A stretch of 64,000 nt of DNA, from assembly GCA_964016885.1 (NCBI GenBank), contig CAXHJY010000575.1, positions 44,790 to 108,789 on the forward strand, in the 5' to 3' direction. Positions 59,682 through 64,000 of this stretch are shown here, piece by piece. Each line of letters begins with the position of its first letter. Positions within the stretch are counted from its first letter, which is position 1. A program made the position numbers and the translations under genes. This stretch comes from Eledone cirrhosa. Lineage: Eukaryota. A model generated the notes under the pieces. The model was not told where the DNA came from. It worked only from the letters and a program-made list of their open reading frames with translations, and did no database searches.

Positions 59682-59885
59682 ATTTATAGAATATGCAATC
59701 TATTGTATAGAAAAGCGCTCAACCAGTTGGGAACAATATATATATTAAAGTGTTAAACAATATTCAATGATTATATCAAAGAGTTTTACAGTAGATTGGA
59801 AGCACTCAACGGGAAAATAATTTTCTGGAGTTATTAATATTAAATATAAGTATTAATAAAATAGATGTTCTTTTGATCAATTACA

Positions 59886-59936
59886 TTTTATTATACATAT
59901 TTCGGATGTACAACAGTACGTCCTCATCAGACAAAA
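59886..59936 (-). ncRNA. Type-I hammerhead ribozyme, PLE-4
   Basis: Identical to 56773-56823. Confidence 0.87.
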
Positions 59937-60599
59937 TATAATGATACATGACATACCCTGAGATGTTAAATGGTTAAGATTTAATCAAGGTAGTGATTAA
60001 CCCAAGAGAAAATTTTACTTATATCCTATTTATGAGAAAATGCGAAAACGTAATAAATTCATTAGAGAATGTGTGAATAAGAAAAAACGTTGCATACTGT
60101 AACTGTTCTAAAAGTTTTAAAGTGTATGATACTACGATATATCTAGGAAAACGTCTCATGAATCATAACAGCCAGTGATAGCCACTGGAAAAGGGTTTAT
60201 AAAGAGGGAAAAATAAAGGGCGGGGGGGTGATATATCCAGAAACCGCGCTCTTACAACGGAGGACACAAGGGCTGCGACCTTTATATCTCAGATAGCTAT
60301 GAAATTTTATTCGCCAAGGGCCCGCTACTGAACAAACTCTCTGAACACTGCCCGAAATGCATGCACAAGAACTTTGCAACTTTCAAATGTGTTAACTTAA
60401 GCCAGTGTTAATGCCCGATGGCTAAAAACGACTTCCCCCTTTTAGCCCCTCCACCTCCATCCTACGCCACCCCCCCCCCCCCACCCCTCCTCAACCTGAA
60501 ATACGGCCACTATGGTTATGTGAGTACCTCTTACCTATGTGCATTTTCTGCCTGTAAAGCTGTTTTTATGTGCCTGTGTTTATGCGTATATTTATGAGT

Positions 60600-60653
60600 A
60601 CTTATTTGTATATATATGTGTATATGTATATGTGTGTATATGTATGTATATTT

Positions 60654-60724
<71 letters not shown>

Positions 60725-60777
60725 GTATATATTTGAGTATATGTATGTGTGTGTGTATGTGTGTATATATGTATGTG

Positions 60778-60808
<31 letters not shown>

Positions 60809-60824
60809 ATATATATATATATGT

Positions 60825-60895
<71 letters not shown>

Positions 60896-61030
60896 TGCGT
60901 ATATATATATGTGTATATATATTTATGTATATATGTAGGTATGTGAATGTTTGTGTATATATGTGTGTATATATATATGTGTGTATGTGTGTGTATGTGT
61001 ATGTATGTGTGTGTTTATATATATATATGT
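60600..61030. repeat. (TA)n/(TG)n compound microsatellite
   Basis: Read directly from sequence. Confidence 0.93.
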
Positions 61031-61031
61031 A

Positions 61032-63386
61032 ACACAGTTGTTGACCCTTACACAACTTTCTTATCATCGCTGGAGACTTCAACGTTCAACTTGGCCCGGA
61101 TGAAGTAAAGTTCACATACAATAGGGTTACTAACCGAAACGGGGAATATCTCAAGGACTTCATGGAAGAATTCAGTCTATTCAGCTCAAACAGCAGCTTC
61201 ATGAAGACCAGAGGCCAGCTTTGGACCTTCGAATACCCAAACCAAAAACGAGCTCAGATTGACTATTTGATATTTCGCAAGAAATGGAGAAACTCAATCA
61301 AAGATTCTAGATCTTATTCCTCCTTTAGCTCTGTTGGCTCAGATCATCGAGTCATCTCGGCAACAATCAAACTTAGTCTCAGGATATCCAAGAGGCCCGA
61401 ACCTCATCCCATGAAAAGAATAGACTGGAAAGCCGTTTCTTCCAACAAACAACTATCCAATAGCTTCACGCTTCAAGTCTATAACAGATTTCAATCTCTC
61501 TCAACTTCTGACATCAATGACGATAATATTGAGGATGTGTATGACTGTCTTAAGCAATCAACAGAGGAAGTTGCACTTGCCACCCTACCTAAAAAGAAAA
61601 GCCGAAGTCAAATGAAACCTAGTGCCTCAGAGAAGATAGTTGAGGCAAGGGCCCATCTTAGGTCAATATCCCAATCTCACCATCAATCACCATCTCAAGG
61701 GAAAAAGATACAGTTTATCATGGCCAAAAAATCACTAGACGACGCTTATCTTAATGCTGAAGCCGACTATATCTCAGGTAGGATTGATCAGCTATCGCAA
61801 CATCACATCAGCAAACACCATCATCTTGCTTGGAAGGTTGTCAAAGATCTTTCAGGCAAAAACTCAAACTCTGCAGTTAGAATCAAAGGAGGCTCTGCCA
61901 AAATACGTCTTGAAAATTGGTCTGCTCATTTTAAAAAACCTTCTAGGGAAAAAGGCCAGACTCCCTGATAACTATCAACTGCCATCCGTTCAGGTTTCAG
62001 AGCCTTTAGGAATCAACACCTCTCCTTTCACCATGCCTGAGTTCAAAGAAGCCATCAAACAGCTCAAAGCCTCAAAAGCCTTTGGGCCGGATAATATACC
62101 TACCTTGATTTGGAAGGATGAGCATTTCCACATCCTTTTGCTCAACTTATGTAACCATACTTTCGAGACCAATAAACCACCTAGCGTCTGGCATGCAGCT
62201 CAAATTATCCCCATGCCCAAAAAAGGAGATCTTTATTTAGCCACCAACTATAGAGGAATTTCTCTCATGGCAATTGCTGCAAAAATATACAACAAGCTTC
62301 TTCTTAACCGCTTAATCCCATTTCTTGAGCCAATCCTTCGTAACAACCAGAATGGATTTAGGAGAGGTAGATCAACACTTAGCCAGATTCTCTGCCTTCG
62401 CTGACTTATAGAAGAGTCCCAAAACCGCAATCTAGACCTTGCACTCATCTTTGTTGATTTTTCAAAAGCCTTCGACTCAGTTGACAGGTCGGGGATGTTT
62501 GAAATTCTACAACTCTATGAGATTCCTGATAAAATCATCGCGGCCATACGTGTAATGTATACAGATACCAAATCAACTGTCCTGGCCCCAGATGGGGAAA
62601 CACCACCTTTCTCAATCCTCGCTGGAATTTTACAGGGCGATACCCTTGCTCCGTATCTATTTATCATTGTTGTGGATTATGTTTTGCGCATGTCTGTGGA
62701 TAAGATTCAGGATAAGGGGATACCAACTACAGCCTAGGAGAAGCTCACGCTACCCAGCAAAATACTTGACCGACACCGACTTTGCTGACGACATCGCATT
62801 GATCAGTCGGTCACTGGAAAATGCTGAGAGTCTTTTGAAGTCATTAGAGCAAGCGTCCATCTGTGTTGGACTGTACCTCAACGAATCCAAGACTGAGTAT
62901 GTGAACAGATGCGCAAACAGCCCAAACTACCCCATCAGAACCCTTAATGGTACCACCCTTAAGCAGGTGGAAGATTACAAGTATCTTAGCTCATATATCT
63001 CCTCCTCCAAAATAGATTTTCTAACCAGGAAGGGTATGGCATGGTCAGCGTGCAATGACATGCACGCCATATGGACATCTCAACTTACCAACAAGCTAAA
63101 TCTGGAAATATTCCAAGCAACCATTAAGCCCATATTACTTTATGGATCCGAAACTTGGACACTAACATCACAACTTGAGAGGAGATTGGATGGCACATAT
63201 ACCCGCCTCTTAATGAGAGTGCAAAACCTATCCTGGAAACGACATTCCACCTTGTCTAAAATCTATGGCAAACTCCCTCGAGCCTCTGCCCTTCTAAAAT
63301 CCCGGAGAGCTCAATTTGCTGGCCACTGTCACCATGCCAGCAATGAAATCATATCCGCTCTCTTGCTCTGGAACCCTGATAATTAG
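61032..63386 (+). pseudogene. Decayed RTE-type LINE (APE + RT), frameshifted, truncated at both ends
   Basis: IIAGDFN, QIDY, SDHR, NYRGISL, QNGFR, FVDFSKAFD, GILQGDTLAP, DFADD and LLYGSETW across 4 frames. Confidence 0.88.
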
Positions 63387-63632
63387 GTCAAATAATTAAG
63401 TCAAATGTTTAAAATCATATGATTCCAGTTCCTCAGTGAAATAAGAACCCAACCAGGAACTGGGCATACCAGAGTATTGACAAAGTTATACACCTCAACA
63501 ACATGTGTACTCGTCTTTACCACACTAATTCGGACTGCCTGAAGAGGTCACAGCCAAAGATGGCTGTCACCGAAATATATATAGCAGTAATAAACGAAGC
63601 CAAATTTTAAACATTTGACTTTATTTTATTTT
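63387..63632 (+). mobile_element. Diverged PLE-1-family pLTR 3' fragment
   Basis: Similar to ~18680-18900; ends in (TA)n. Confidence 0.85.
63534..63588 (+). ncRNA. Type-I hammerhead ribozyme (PLE-1 family)
   Basis: ACTGC-CTGAAGA-GGTCACAGCCA..TGGCTGTCACC-GAAA-TATATA-TA-GCAGT; conserved while the flanks have diverged. Confidence 0.88.

Positions 63633-64000
<368 letters not shown>

Larger units (their letters stand above)
55653..60241 (-). mobile_element. Penelope-like element PLE-4: partial tandem of a defective, endonuclease-less unit
   Basis: 55653-57125 repeats at ~58757-60235 (period ~3.1 kb). RT frames at 59681-58080 and 56568-55653. Each leader has an HHR. Confidence 0.9.

Noticed and set aside
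60242-60515. Possible DNA-transposon end (AAATACGGCCACTA)
   Set aside because: No partner TIR or target duplication found in the window.

Overview
Repeat-dense, AT-rich animal genomic DNA. It is probably a coleoid cephalopod such as Octopus, inferred from the SINE types, C2H2-ZNF remnants and very long (TA)n tracts. No intact host gene is visible. Bases 1-15227 are a head-to-tail array of about 33 463-bp monomers. Each monomer carries a minimal type-I hammerhead ribozyme (HHR) on the + strand within an almost fully base-paired RNA fold, so it looks like a retrozyme or ribozyme satellite rather than 33 copies of an 81-aa gene. The rest is a mosaic of elements set in (TA)n microsatellites. These include four Penelope-like retroelements (RT + GIY-YIG, Naiad-like; one with an intact 819-aa ORF) and several solo or inverted pLTR fragments, which together carry 11 clear HHR copies, plus one more HHR in an orphan island and a few degenerate remnants. 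Also present are a CR1-group LINE with an intact ORF2, a decayed RTE-type LINE, a mariner, a non-autonomous LTR element with a tRNA-Trp PBS, a MITE, SINEs, a Helitron helicase fragment, a PM20D2-like retrocopy and decayed C2H2 zinc fingers. A bulged hairpin (RCUC/GAGY with a UU bulge) recurs downstream of the HHR in several divergent PLE leaders.
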